NCBI GenBank assembly: GCA_000320545.1
Contig: ADNK01001248.1
Location: 1 to 50,221, forward strand
Direction: 5' to 3'
Source of the DNA: Bigelowiella natans CCMP2755
Taxonomy: Eukaryota; Protista; Cercozoa
DNA length: 50,221 nt
A program made the position numbers and the translations under genes. The notes under the pieces were generated by a model that saw nothing but the letters and a program-made list of their open reading frames with translations, was not told where the DNA came from and made no database searches. Below are positions 30,709 through 41,846 of the stretch, piece after piece (position 1 is the stretch's first letter; each line of letters begins with the position of its first letter).

Positions 30709-33075
30709 ATGAAGGCGGTACGGGTTCCCAACCTTCGTCGGCGGGATAAGAAGACTAAACAATGCACAATGTAGGCCTATTTTATTTCTACTATAACAAC
30801 GCTCAGCAAATGTTATTTTTCAGATGCCTAGGTCCTCTTCAGAGTCGGGGTCTTCTTGAATGCCACCACACGTTCTGCTTTTCGTGCATTCAAACATGGT
30901 AAAAATTTTGTTCCATTAGACGAGTAGATTCTCCTGAGTAAAGAGTTTGTACAAAGGTCTCAACGCGACAATAGATGTCCGTTATGCAAGAGAAGGTAAG
31001 TTACATGCTTCGTATTTTTATCGAAAAACATGGCCTCATGGGCAAATTCATTCGAATGGCAGATTCTATTCTATCCGGGACCAAGCGCACCACAGTTACG
31101 GCGTAAGATATGGTGTCGAATTATCAATCCTACAAGCCCTTCAATCACTAACTAATCATTTATGAAAGCGGATTTCAAATCCACTGTATTGGAAAGTGGC
31201 TGCGTCGTGTGCAAGTCGAAGGTGTATCCATAATTTGCTCAAAGACACATCAATTCAACACCATAACCATAGTCCGAAAACCATGAAGTTCCTTGACCTC
31301 AATAACTTTCTAGGACAACGAGGAGGTTACATTGTTATGCGACAGCTGCGAAGACCCGTATCACACGTACTGTTTGGATCCACCACTCTTGAGCATCCCA
31401 GATGGTAGGAACTATGAGTAGGGAAGGAGAAACTTTGGTAACAAATTTATTCCTGCTTATTCATTAGGCGAATGGAATTGTCCGCGTTGCATCAAGCGTA
31501 TCAATCTTCCTCAAGATCATGGACTTGATTTTGCGTCAAGCGTTTTCCCTGCCGACTCGTCATCATCACGCAGAAGGCACTCAGGCAGTAAGCGACCACT
31601 GGGAACAGGGAGAAGTTCGACATGCTTTCGAAACGAGGTACACTTTGGCTGCTATTTTATCCCGGGACTGCCTTAAGACACCATATAGAAGATTTTGATG
31701 TTTTCATATATATTTGCTGGTTTCTTGTTATGTGTTTCCGTTTCGTTTTTGCAGGATTCTTCCACATCTTCATCTCAGCAATTTTCAAAGAATAGAAAGC
31801 GAGAAAGAGGATTTCAAGATCCAACCAAAAAGTCTTTAATCAGTGGTCAACGCTCTTGTAACACAAAGAAACCTGTGAAAGTCATAATTTAAGCTCTAAT
31901 TCATATCGGCCACAACGTTTAAATCCTCGTAATTGGAAATTTTATTCAAACTCAGAAAATCCGTTGGACAATTGGAGATAAGACTAAGGTATTTTCCGTA
32001 TTCATTAGTACGATGCCAATATTTATTGACGATGTTGCTATTCTAGATTTTATCTTCTTCATTCTTTGGTACTGTCCCTAGCGAGCCGCCGGTCTCAAAA
32101 ACATTTGGGGGAACCCACACTCGAGATCGCGCCAATATTGTACATGATGGAGACGAACTTTTCTCCAATCGATGTCAAAATAAAGGGAAATCTCAAAAAC
32201 TTCAAAATATATGTGGTTGCATCTACAATCGCGGAAAAAGATGTTCAATCCTTGATCATTTCAGGAAGATGAAACCGGTTCGTCAAATGTGTATTTTTCT
32301 TGGAAGTTGATCGAAGGAGCTCTAACTTGAAATATGGAAAGGTTCCAAGAGATCCCCAATTCTGTTCAAGCTCGGGACAACAAATTGAAGGCAGTATTGA
32401 ATCATCTTTTCAGTAATAGTAAACTGAGATAATCTTCTATCAGATTGGAATCCCAACTGGGCACTGTGCGAGCGTCATTTTTGGAAGGTAATCACGAATT
32501 TCAGCCACGCGTGTTGGATTTTTTTGAGTCTCAAAACTACAAGGTTGCGCGCGATGTGAGGGTGGCAACAGGAAATAAGGAACCACGGTAACCTTTCTTG
32601 AGTATCCAATTTCTTTCAGTCCTGAGGAATTTTGATGCATGTCTAAGGAAAGGAAAGGTGCGAGCAAAGGGGCGGGATTGGGACGTAACCATTCTTGCAG
32701 AGACGAAGAACAGGTTGCAATATCTCAATCAAAATTAAATTGGTCTCATTTTCTTTTCATTTCAGACTTTACGTGCGGTACGATGGTTTTCTTCCCGACT
32801 GGGATGAGTGGATACCTGTTTCCCAAGAGCTGCCACAGGAGAACGAATTTGGGATTCATAATATAGAGAAGAATGCATTGGAAGAGAGACCAAAGCGTTT
32901 CATTCTTTCCCAGTTTGAGCCAATTTGGGTGATAATTGAAATGTTGATTCATACGATACAGTTTCACAGAACTGATTAAATTTTCTTTTGACTGGTAAAT
33001 GTGTTTCAGCGTTATTGCTTTGGCGTTGTTGGAGTAGGAGCTGAATATGGACCTTGCGGACGCAACAGAGTATGA
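30709..33075 (+). CDS. RING finger + PHD finger protein (PHRF1-like N-terminus) with a C-terminal Tudor-knot/chromo-barrel-like motif; ends approximate
   Basis: Spliced C3HC4 RING: [37 protein letters not shown]: [45 protein letters not shown]. Later motif [16 protein letters not shown] at about 32768-32815. Many short introns hide the gene from the ORF track. Confidence 0.8.
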
Positions 33076-33329
33076 GTTCCAAAATTGGTGCGGTGCATGG
33101 AAATAATGTAGACATAGCATTGCTGTACCTTTCACCTTCGAAGAGTAAAGTCTCACATTTCATGAAAAATGTAGAGCCATCGCAGACTTGCAGATCGAGA
33201 CTTTTTTAAAAGTGTGTAATTAGACATTTGGTACATATGAGACTGAAGAGACAACAAACAAATCATGTTCAGAATAGCTTATCATGCATAAACTTTTTTT
33301 GGGTTGTTATGTGAAACGAGGTAAAGTAT

Positions 33330-34117
33330 CACATGTCTAGCTAGCTAGATGTGGTGATCTAGTCATTTCTCCTGGCACAATGCGCAAGCTTGAATTGAGC
33401 TGCGTCTGTATGCGTTGCGTGAGCGTGTTCATGTACTGAGCTAGCCAGGCGGCGTGACAAAGCATGCAAGCTCACTCAGCACGCTGGCACGCGCAGAGAG
33501 ACGACACACACGCACGGCACGTGACAGCATGCGTTGCGGGTCGACAGCACGCACACTCATGTCGCTCGTGTCTGTCACATCGCATCGCATCGTGCACACG
33601 AAACGTGCGCGGGCAACGTCACATGTTTCAGCGCGGTCGCCTGCCGCACGCCAAAACGGATTCTTGTCGCAAGTCAATTCTGAATGGAACGTGCCGAGAC
33701 TGCTAGACTGGTTGTGATCGCAACAACACAATTGGAGACACAATTTCTGGTTTTGTGCGCCTTGTCCGAGTGTGTGTAATGGATGTTTGCGAGGCATGCA
33801 CCAGCACATGCGATGCGCAGCATCGTCAGCTCGTGCCAAGAGAGTGAGCATCGCGCACGCATCGCACCCCCAGGCGTGACAACACTGACTCGACGTCATC
33901 AGGCGGAAGAACCAGCATCCTGTGACGTCAAACCTCACATTTCTGTCACTGTCGAGAGAGGAAAAAGTGTGATGGCAGTGGAAAAACCAAACAAAAGGGA
34001 CACTCACAAGGAACACCTCAGGCTCCACAACTGAAACGTGCGAAGTGAGGCTCCAAACGAGCGATTGATCAATTGGACGTTCCAACAAGGTGCGCGCAAG
34101 CTAGCAAGCGCTGCTGA
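33330..34117. other. TpA-depleted intergenic tract
   Basis: Manual count: 10 TA in about 790 nt, 7 of them in CTAG. In the core 33436-34117 there are only 4 TA, 3 in CTAG. Confidence 0.88.
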
Positions 34118-34624
34118 TAAGCTTCACTTCTTCGTTCGTGCCGAAGGTTGGAAGTCATTGCCTGTTTGCGAGCCTCTTGCCTGGGGATCGAGATTCCCTG
34201 TTTAAGCCAAGTGCCAAGTCCCCGGGTCCGGTTTGGGTTGAGTTCTTTTGCTGCTGCGTGTTGACATGCGCTTCCCCAGCCGCTTGGAACTGCTCGAGTA
34301 GCTGTGGCAAACGTGGCAGTTTTTTCTGGGTTGTTCTTCGGCTGTCTGAGCATTTTCTTTTTTCTTTTTTGTGTTGACATCCATCCGCGATGGTAGGGGA
34401 CAAACAGTTGCAAAATTCATACGAAGTCTTCCGTTTGTTAAACGAATCATCACACACGATGGCCTAATATCTATCCAGCTAAAAGCGGCAAGGCGAGATC
34501 ATGAAATCCCCTCATTTATCCATTTCCACTCGTAAATATCGGGGAATATCCGGCATTAATTTCACGCACAGGATCACATTCGCGAGCACATTGATCTCCA
34601 CATAGGATCTCTGCCGTCAGCACC

Positions 34625-35411
34625 ATGCGTATCGCCTTGCTTCTTCTTCTTCCTCTCCTACTACCTCTCTGCAGGGCCGACGACTTCGATGACGATATGG
34701 ACGATTTCCTAACAGATGCGGACGATGAATCTCCCACGGTATATGTACAGCACCAACTCACTCTTCCTTCCCGGATTCGTCAATTTTACGATTTTAGATT
34801 TACTAAGATGAGAGGCTTACTACATACGCACACGTATTATCAAAACTGCAGTATTTGATCACTGTTTAATTTTGATGCTTTGGTTGGTCATATCTACGAC
34901 GGGCGGATGGCTGCATTGAATATCCATGCGATCAAATCAATTTACCGTTTATAGGCTGGTAATACTTTGTTGAACCTAGATGTGTCGCCTCACCCAGATG
35001 TATCGCCTCAAAAGCTGAAAAAATAATGAAATTCAGGGGGGTCAGGACAAAATTGGCAGAACACAGATATTACGACGCTGTTGTGGAAACTTATCAAGGA
35101 CGACAAATTTGATGAATTTTCAGTATTGGTCGAGAAGAATCCAGGTCAGTTTTCTACAATCTGAATCTGAGGAAGCCATTTCCATTAATCGAACTAATAA
35201 GGTGGGTTCTGCTGGTACTACTACCATAGACTTGGTGCATGTGAGGGCAGAGGATGGACGTGGGCCCCTCTGGTGGGCTTATGAACACAAGCGGGACCAG
35301 ATCATCGATTTGTTACACACCCTTGGAGTAGATCAAGACGCACAGGGTACATATATGTAAATACGCTACCTTTTATGAAGACTTTCTGAATGTTGCCAGT
35401 CTTATTGCGAA

Positions 35412-35456
<45 letters not shown>

Positions 35457-35524
35457 CTATTTTCAATCTTCACCGCAACAATTGACGTGGTATTTGCTCC
35501 TCTATATTTTCATTCTCTTTTATC

Positions 35525-35565
<41 letters not shown>

Positions 35566-36367
35566 CTGTTCTCTTGGCGCAAACCACCTCCAGATGGAGA
35601 CGGCCTCATGGCTCGGGAGATGATCAACGGTCCTCAAGCTTCCAAATTTGCCGCACGGCTTGAGAAGACTCGCATGGAGAGACAGGTATGGCGGTACTAA
35701 TGCTGGGATTGGTGGGCAGCGGTGGAGTATGGGGAAGACTACAAGAACTACCATCGAACACGTGTGTGGCGACAGATAGTTAATTCTTATTGGCCCCCAC
35801 ACACCTTGTATTACATTATAACCTTTTGCTTTTCTCTGAAAGGAGATGTGAAATAGGTGAAGACTGTTCATTATGACCTTGACATATTACTACGATGCAG
35901 ATACGCGAGCAGCTGGCCAGAGAACAGGAAGCTCTGTATGCCCAGTACAAGACATGCGCTTCTTGCACCCAGGCTGGCTTCGGTTGGTCTCATGAAGAAC
36001 GAAAATGCGGTGACTTTTCGAACAGGTGGTTGTTGTTGCTGTTCTTGTTTAAATTCTAGTGGTGCATGAGTGAGTTCAATTGCCGCGATATTGCTCCGCA
36101 AGCGCGCGTATGTGTTCGTGCTTATGTATATGTGTATGTTTCGATGGTGATTGCAATTATATGTACTGATCGTTGAGCATTCACCGCATCCATAGAAGAT
36201 ACAAACTGAATGAGACATTTTGCAATATCAGGGTGTGCTCCGGGACGGACACCGATTTTAATGTGGAATACGATCCTGAATTCGATGACGATGAACTGGA
36301 AGAGGATGATGAAGACTACGAGGAGGAAAACATTGCCGACTTGGAAGAGGATGATTTTGAATTTTAA
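34625..36367 (+). CDS. Signal-peptide protein with an ankyrin-like domain, a small Cys/Trp (PSI-like) module and acidic termini
   Basis: [18 protein letters not shown] signal; WQNTDITTLLWKLIK..DLVHVRAEDGRGPLWWAYEHKRDQIIDLLHTLGVDQDAQDGDG (ankyrin-like); YKTCASCTQAGFGWSHEERKCG..VC; D/E-rich tail. Exons 34625-34738, (34955-34958), 35037-35144, 35230-35346, 35594-35685, 35901-36025 and 36232-36367. Confidence 0.82.
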
Positions 36368-37269
36368 TTTCGACACATTGCTTGTCGTTAGTTAAAGTCT
36401 TGTGTTTGATCCATTTCATATCCTAAAAACGGGCTTGAGTCCACTTTCGATCATTGCATGCCTCAACATGCCAACAAAGCCGCTAATGGCCCGTGCACCA
36501 CTAGCACACCTATGAGCATACTTGCATGTGCGGTGGCTGCAGTAGGCCCGATATCATTAACGCAAAGCGGCTGCTCGATGCGTTAACCTGTAGCAGCAGG
36601 GACATGCAGCTTTAGCGTTTCATGCATCGAACATCAAACCTATCTACCACATCAGACATGCCGTGTGACGACAGGAGGACACAGAACGCAACTGAATGCA
36701 CTGCATGTGTGTGAAGGACGACATGCAGTGAACAAGTTTGATGGATATTAATTGCGCACATCCGTCAGTCTCAAAATGGTCATCGCGCTTGAATTGTGGT
36801 TCGGCAGCGCGCGCACGCACACACGCACGCCACATGTTTGTGATTTCGTTCGCTCATCCACAGGTCACTTGCAGCTTGATTTGTTGGGCCTGCAGAACTG
36901 TTTTTTGCGCGTGCACTGTGTGCATGCAATAATGCAAATAAGAAACACCATCATCACGTGCTTGCACGTCTGCGACGTATAACAAGCCATCACAAGCGCA
37001 GCCCATGCATTGTTGTGCGCACTAGTACATAGCCTACGCGATGCCAACCCACTATCTAAGGCTAAGAAAATGGCACGAAGCGGAACCATATATCAGTGCA
37101 ATTGTATTTATCCGGCTATACTATGCACTACAGTGCACCAGGGGGGGAAAATAAATTTAGAATGGGAGAAAAATAAAATCATTAATTGTTTATGTACACG
37201 CATACATCAGATGTGTACTTGTGAGAACTAGAGAAGCGTGTTCGAAGAAATTGAAAAGATCATGTACGA

Positions 37270-39961
37270 TTAAACTATTCCCGCGGCCTTCATTGCTGCC
37301 TCGCGCATCTCATTTGTAATGTACCCGTCCCTCCGTTTACCAGTATGGTCGTGGAAAAAAGTTTTTGCGGGCTTGAGCGACGACCAGAAAAATTGATGAC
37401 CGCAGCCGCCATTCTTCACAGCTTTCAGTAAGTTTCCATGCGCCGTGTCGCCGCACATCATAATGTCGCATCCACCGTTCTTCTGAAGAAAATTACCACA
37501 GCAAGGGCACTTCTTCCCCAACTTCTTCAGCAGAGCCTCGGTTTGCTTGTCCATTTTGACCTCTCCCTTCTTGCAATCGTGCTCGCCAGCTTTATCGGGA
37601 TCGAGCTTGGCGTGGCAAGACATGCAGAATACGCACCCACACTCACACAAACCTGGCTTTGGTTTCGAGGTGGGTACGGGTCCCTGGGGAGTTTTCATAA
37701 TCCTTTGCTTAAAACTCGGAGGGATGTACAATAAGTACTTCCCGCAGTTAGCAGGGCAAGCGAAGAATTTCTGATCTCCCGGAGATAGTTGCTGCTTCAT
37801 CATCCGAAACTGCATGTCCTTGGTAATGACGTCTCTGCGCTCCAAATACGTAAGTGCTTCTGGGCTAATCAGCCCGCGATCCGGGACTTTCTTCCCCGCG
37901 GACTCGGCGCGGCAAGCAGGACAATAGGCCGGAAATTGTCCCGTGTCCATAATTGCCTTGAGACTCATCTGTATGCATTCTGCACAGTAAAAATGGTCGC
38001 ATTCATCAGAGATGCCGTACCTAGAGTCGCAGTAACATATGCTGCATGGAATATCGTCCTGGAGCTGTTCTGTGGTTAGGGACGTCATAAGTCTCTGCGC
38101 GTTCCCCGTTCCAGAGCACATCCAACATGCCACGTTTGGTTCTCCTTCTCCTGATTGGCCATCATCTCTCTTCAAAGACGACGATTTGCCCTCGTTCCGC
38201 TTTTTCTCCTCCTTCTTAACCGCTGCGTCCTTAGCATAGTATGGCATCTTACCAGAACCCTGACAAGCCAGACACTTGCTTAGGCCACCGCTCTTGATCA
38301 CCTGAGAATTAGTGAGAAGGTTTTAGAACGACAAAGTTCACAACTCGGAAGACTTAATCCGTGTTAGGATTCGGTTCAGACCCCACCTCTTTCCGCTGGA
38401 ACTCGTAGGCCAGATGCTCTGGCTTCGCCATTTTCATAATTACCTCATCCGCTGTAGTTGGCTGACGCTTAGGTCTAAATCGCTCAACGTCTAGGGACGC
38501 GATCACCTTCTGCCTCTTAGCTCGCTGGAAAATCTTATCCGATGGATCGACCCCCACCCTAACAGCCATCGCTATGAAATTGTTCAGTGTCTCTAATTCG
38601 CCGATTGCAATAGCAGTCTCGAGGGCAGTCAGGACACACTCCCGCAAAGCCACTCGGGCCTCGTTCATATGTTTGTGATCTTCCTTCATCTTTAAATCTC
38701 CTGCCTGTTTCAAAGCAGCGTCAAGCCTTACCATGTCCTTGTGTTTTGTGGCATCACAGAGTTCTAAGGTTGTAATTGCTATTTTAGCTCTTTTAATTTC
38801 TCCAGCTTCGACATCCTTTGTTTCGTTAGCTACTAAATGCCTTAATGCTTTTAGGTCCTTGGACTCTGTTGCAGAGTTCACCTTTTGCGAGAATGCTTCG
38901 CTTGATAATTTTCCTATGCTTAATTTAGCTCTTTGAATTTCTCCAGCTTCGACATCCTTTGTTTCGTTAGCTACTAAATGCCTTAATGCTTTTAGGTCCT
39001 TGGACTCTGTTGCAGAGTTCACCTTTTGCGAGAATGCTTCGCTTGATAATTTTCCTATGAATAATTCAGCTCTTTGAATTTCTCCAGCTTCGACATCCTT
39101 TGTTTCGTTAGCTACTAAATGCCTTAATGCTTTTAGATCCTTGGACTTTGTTGCAGAGTTCACCTTTTGAGAGAATGCTTCGCTTGATAATTTTCCTATG
39201 GTTAATTTAGCTCTTTGAATTTCTCCAGCTTCGACATCCTTTGTTTCGTTAGCTACTAAATGCCTTAATGCTTTTAGATCCTTGGACTCTGTTGCAGAGT
39301 TCACCTCGAGAGAGAATACTGTGGTTGATGTTTTCCTTATGAGTAAGCGTGCTTGCTTTATGCACGCTGCCGTAAGGTCGATACCATCATCGTAAGCTTT
39401 CTGTAATTGCGACTTTAAGGCATTCATCTTCGTCTTAGTTGCTGCTTTGTCTGCGAGCGATTCCAATGCTTTTGTTAAAGTTTTTCCAGTCTCGGTGGAA
39501 CGAGCAATAAACGCAACAGCTCTCTTCTTCTCGGCCTGAGCTTTGGATAGAAGTTCTTGCAACTCAGGCCTTTTAGAATATCCTTTTACCTCTACATCAG
39601 CGAGAGCACCATCTATTTTTTTAATAAGGGTCTTCGAAGAAGCCACTTTGTCAAAGACAACAATTTCATATTGGAATTTGTAACCTCGCTCATTCATCAA
39701 TTTCCAACCCTTTGTAGCATCCTCAGTGTCGTCGCTCCCTACCGTGTTGCCAATATTTCTCTTCTTTCCATCAAGCCACACCCAAACTTGGTCGGTGCCG
39801 CGTCGTATAGTGTTGCCCGCCGGGCCCTGATAGAAATACTGTTGTTTGTAGGAGTACCTTCCTGCAAACGGGGATGCACCAACTACAATTAAGTCGGAGT
39901 GCACCGAAGATGCAAGCCTACTTCGACATCCATCTTTTTGCGCCGAAGCCCCGCAACCCAT
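37270..39961 (-). CDS. RBR (RING1-IBR-RING2)-type E3 ubiquitin ligase with an N-acylation motif, 47-aa repeats and CxxCxGxG motifs
   Basis: Two long exons (39961-38387 and 38301-37270) are joined by an 85-nt GT-AG intron. MGCGAS start; CLACQGSG and CWMCSGTG; RING1 CSICY..CDHFYCAECI..CPAC; IBR CPANC..CECGCVFCMSCH..H; RING2-like KKCPCCGNFLQKNGGCDIMMC..GCGHQFFW. Confidence 0.88.
38783..39306 (-). repeat. 141-bp (47-aa) coding tandem repeat, about 3.7 near-identical copies
   Basis: TCCAGCTTCGACATCC recurs at 38801, 38942, 39083 and 39224 (period 141). Protein unit KDLKALRHLVANETKDVEAGEIQRAKLxIGKLSSEAFSQKVNSATES. Confidence 0.95.
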
Positions 39962-40340
39962 GATATATCACTCAGTAGGATGGGGAGCCACGGAAAGAGT
40001 AACCGAAGGCAGCTTCATCACAATAGATCCACGTGTAGATCTGCTCGAGCTCGAGTAGGGCAAGCTGTTGGATGGAGTACGACGTTTCACCAGACGTGAC
40101 TTCCATTGATGATTCCCGCGCATTCATCTGTTGTCGCAGCACATTATTGTCAAGGTTTTCGTTCACTTTTAGCTGCGCCATTTCATTGTGATGCGTTTTC
40201 AATTGCAGGTTTCGCCAGTTACACATACTCGTAGATGTGGCAAGGGATCGTGACCGTCGTGGACCGAGGGATCGGGGAAGAAGATCCCCTAGTCCTAGAA
40301 GGAGATCTCTCAGTCCTAGAATGAGATCTTCAAGCTCCTC

Positions 40341-41063
40341 GATGGCCAGAATGCCATTCTTGATTCCCTCTGGTTTCACTAGTTAGACCTCACTGAAGTT
40401 AGTTCGAGGCACTGCGTTTCGCACACTGCAAATGTCTTGCAACATTTTGGGAATGCAGTTTGTCATCATTGTTCATTGTGGCCTTCAGGAAATTCCTACG
40501 CAGATGCTTTGCGTCGACGCCACATCACTGCCATTCATGTTGCTCCACAATGGCCAGCATGCCATTCTAGTCAGCATTCTTGAATTTCTTCTGATTTCAC
40601 CAGTTGGACCTCACTGAAGCTAGCTCGAGGCACTGCGTTTCGCACACTTCAAGTGTCTTGCAACATTTTGGAAATGTGGTTCATCATCATTGTTCATTGT
40701 GCACTGTGGTCATTTTGAAAATGCAATTTTCCGTCATTGTCTTTGTCTTTGTCTTTGTCCTCGATCACTGAAGCCAGTTCCAGGCAATGCGTTTCGTGCA
40801 TTGTGAACATCTCACAACACTTTGGAAACGTGGTCCATCATCACGTTTGTTTGTTTGTTTGTTCCTCGTTGAAATTTCAGTGTTTTGCGAGTGTCATGCA
40901 ACACTTGGAAGCGTGCTAGCGTGGTCGATCATCCAGTTTTTTTCTTTCTTTCTTTCTTTGCTTTGCAAGTGTCACACAACACTTTGGAAATGCAGTTCAC
41001 CATCAAAGTTTCCTTCTTTCTTTCGTTTTGGAAGTCTAGAAGTGCAGTCCATCATCAAGTTTC
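40341..41063. repeat. Degenerate local direct-repeat family (two copies of about 110-140 bp plus four shorter copies), possibly a decayed gene or element
   Basis: CCTCACTGAAG(T/C)TAG(T/C)TCGAGGCACTGCGTTTCGCACACT..TGTCTTGCAACATTTTGG occurs at about 40388 and 40609. Core ..CAACA(C/T)TTTGGAA..CATCA variants lie at about 40765-40845, 40889-40938, 40966-41012 and 41026-41063. Confidence 0.8.
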
Positions 41064-41144
41064 TTTCTGTCTTTCTAGCTTTCGATGGTGCTGAGAGCAG
41101 CATGCCAGCAGATGCACACACGCTAGCACGCAAGACACTCACGC

Positions 41145-41184
<40 letters not shown>

Positions 41185-41315
41185 CAAACAACAATGCAAG
41201 TGCATCCATGCAAGGCTAGATCGAAGGCATGAGCACGTGCAGCCGCGCATGCTGGCATGCGCATGTCTAGATGTGACCCGCGCATTTGTTGCATGCATGC
41301 AGTGATGTCTCCATC
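40500..41315. other. TpA-depleted intergenic tract (TA only within CTAG)
   Basis: Manual count: 8 TA in about 815 nt, all in CTAG (40567, 40620, 40916, 41036, 41075, 41123, 41216, 41267), despite long T-rich stretches. Confidence 0.92.
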
Positions 41316-41846
41316 TACAGATGTGATTGTGCAACACATGCACGCACGCAGGTACACCGGCAAGCTAGCAAGCGGGCGTCTGCCGTCGCACATGCTCTAG
41401 GTGCTAGGCTGCATGCATCCACCATCTCTAGTTCTGCTACAAGATGCGACAGCGCACGTGCGCACGCGGCAGATCTCTAGACACATCGAGCCGCACATGT
41501 ACTCATCACATATTGCACTTCCATGCTTGCTTGTATCGCATCGACAGAGATGCGAGATGCAGCTGTAAGTCTAGAGGTGCCATCATCCATGCATAATGGA
41601 CACTCGACGCACGAGCGTACATGTAGTAGTATGATGGCGCTGCCACAGACTAAGCAGCTAGTAGTCACTTGTAAATCAGTAGAGACAGAAGGTCGATTTC
41701 ACCAATCTAGCAATATAGATTGCGAAACAATGTTAATAGATAAAAATGGTGCAATGTTGTCGTAAAATTGATCAAAGTGTTCTAGCACATTCACAATCTG
41801 TTTTCTTCCAGCGTGCATATTCCACATCTTCGATGCGGCTTGTACT

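Noticed and set aside
32391-32443. Non-canonical GC-AG intron
   Set aside because: An in-frame GT donor 3 nt downstream explains the junction equally well.
33441-34088. 215-aa ORF as a real gene
   Set aside because: It has no recognisable motif and no Tyr; the open frame is explained by loss of TA-containing stop codons.
35020-35030. In-frame TGA as selenocysteine in the ankyrin gene
   Set aside because: The TAATGA lies within a predicted intron, is preceded by TAA, and I recognised no SECIS element.
40787-41305. 172-aa ORF as a real gene
   Set aside because: It lies in a TA-free tract, includes a (CA)n microsatellite and has no Tyr.
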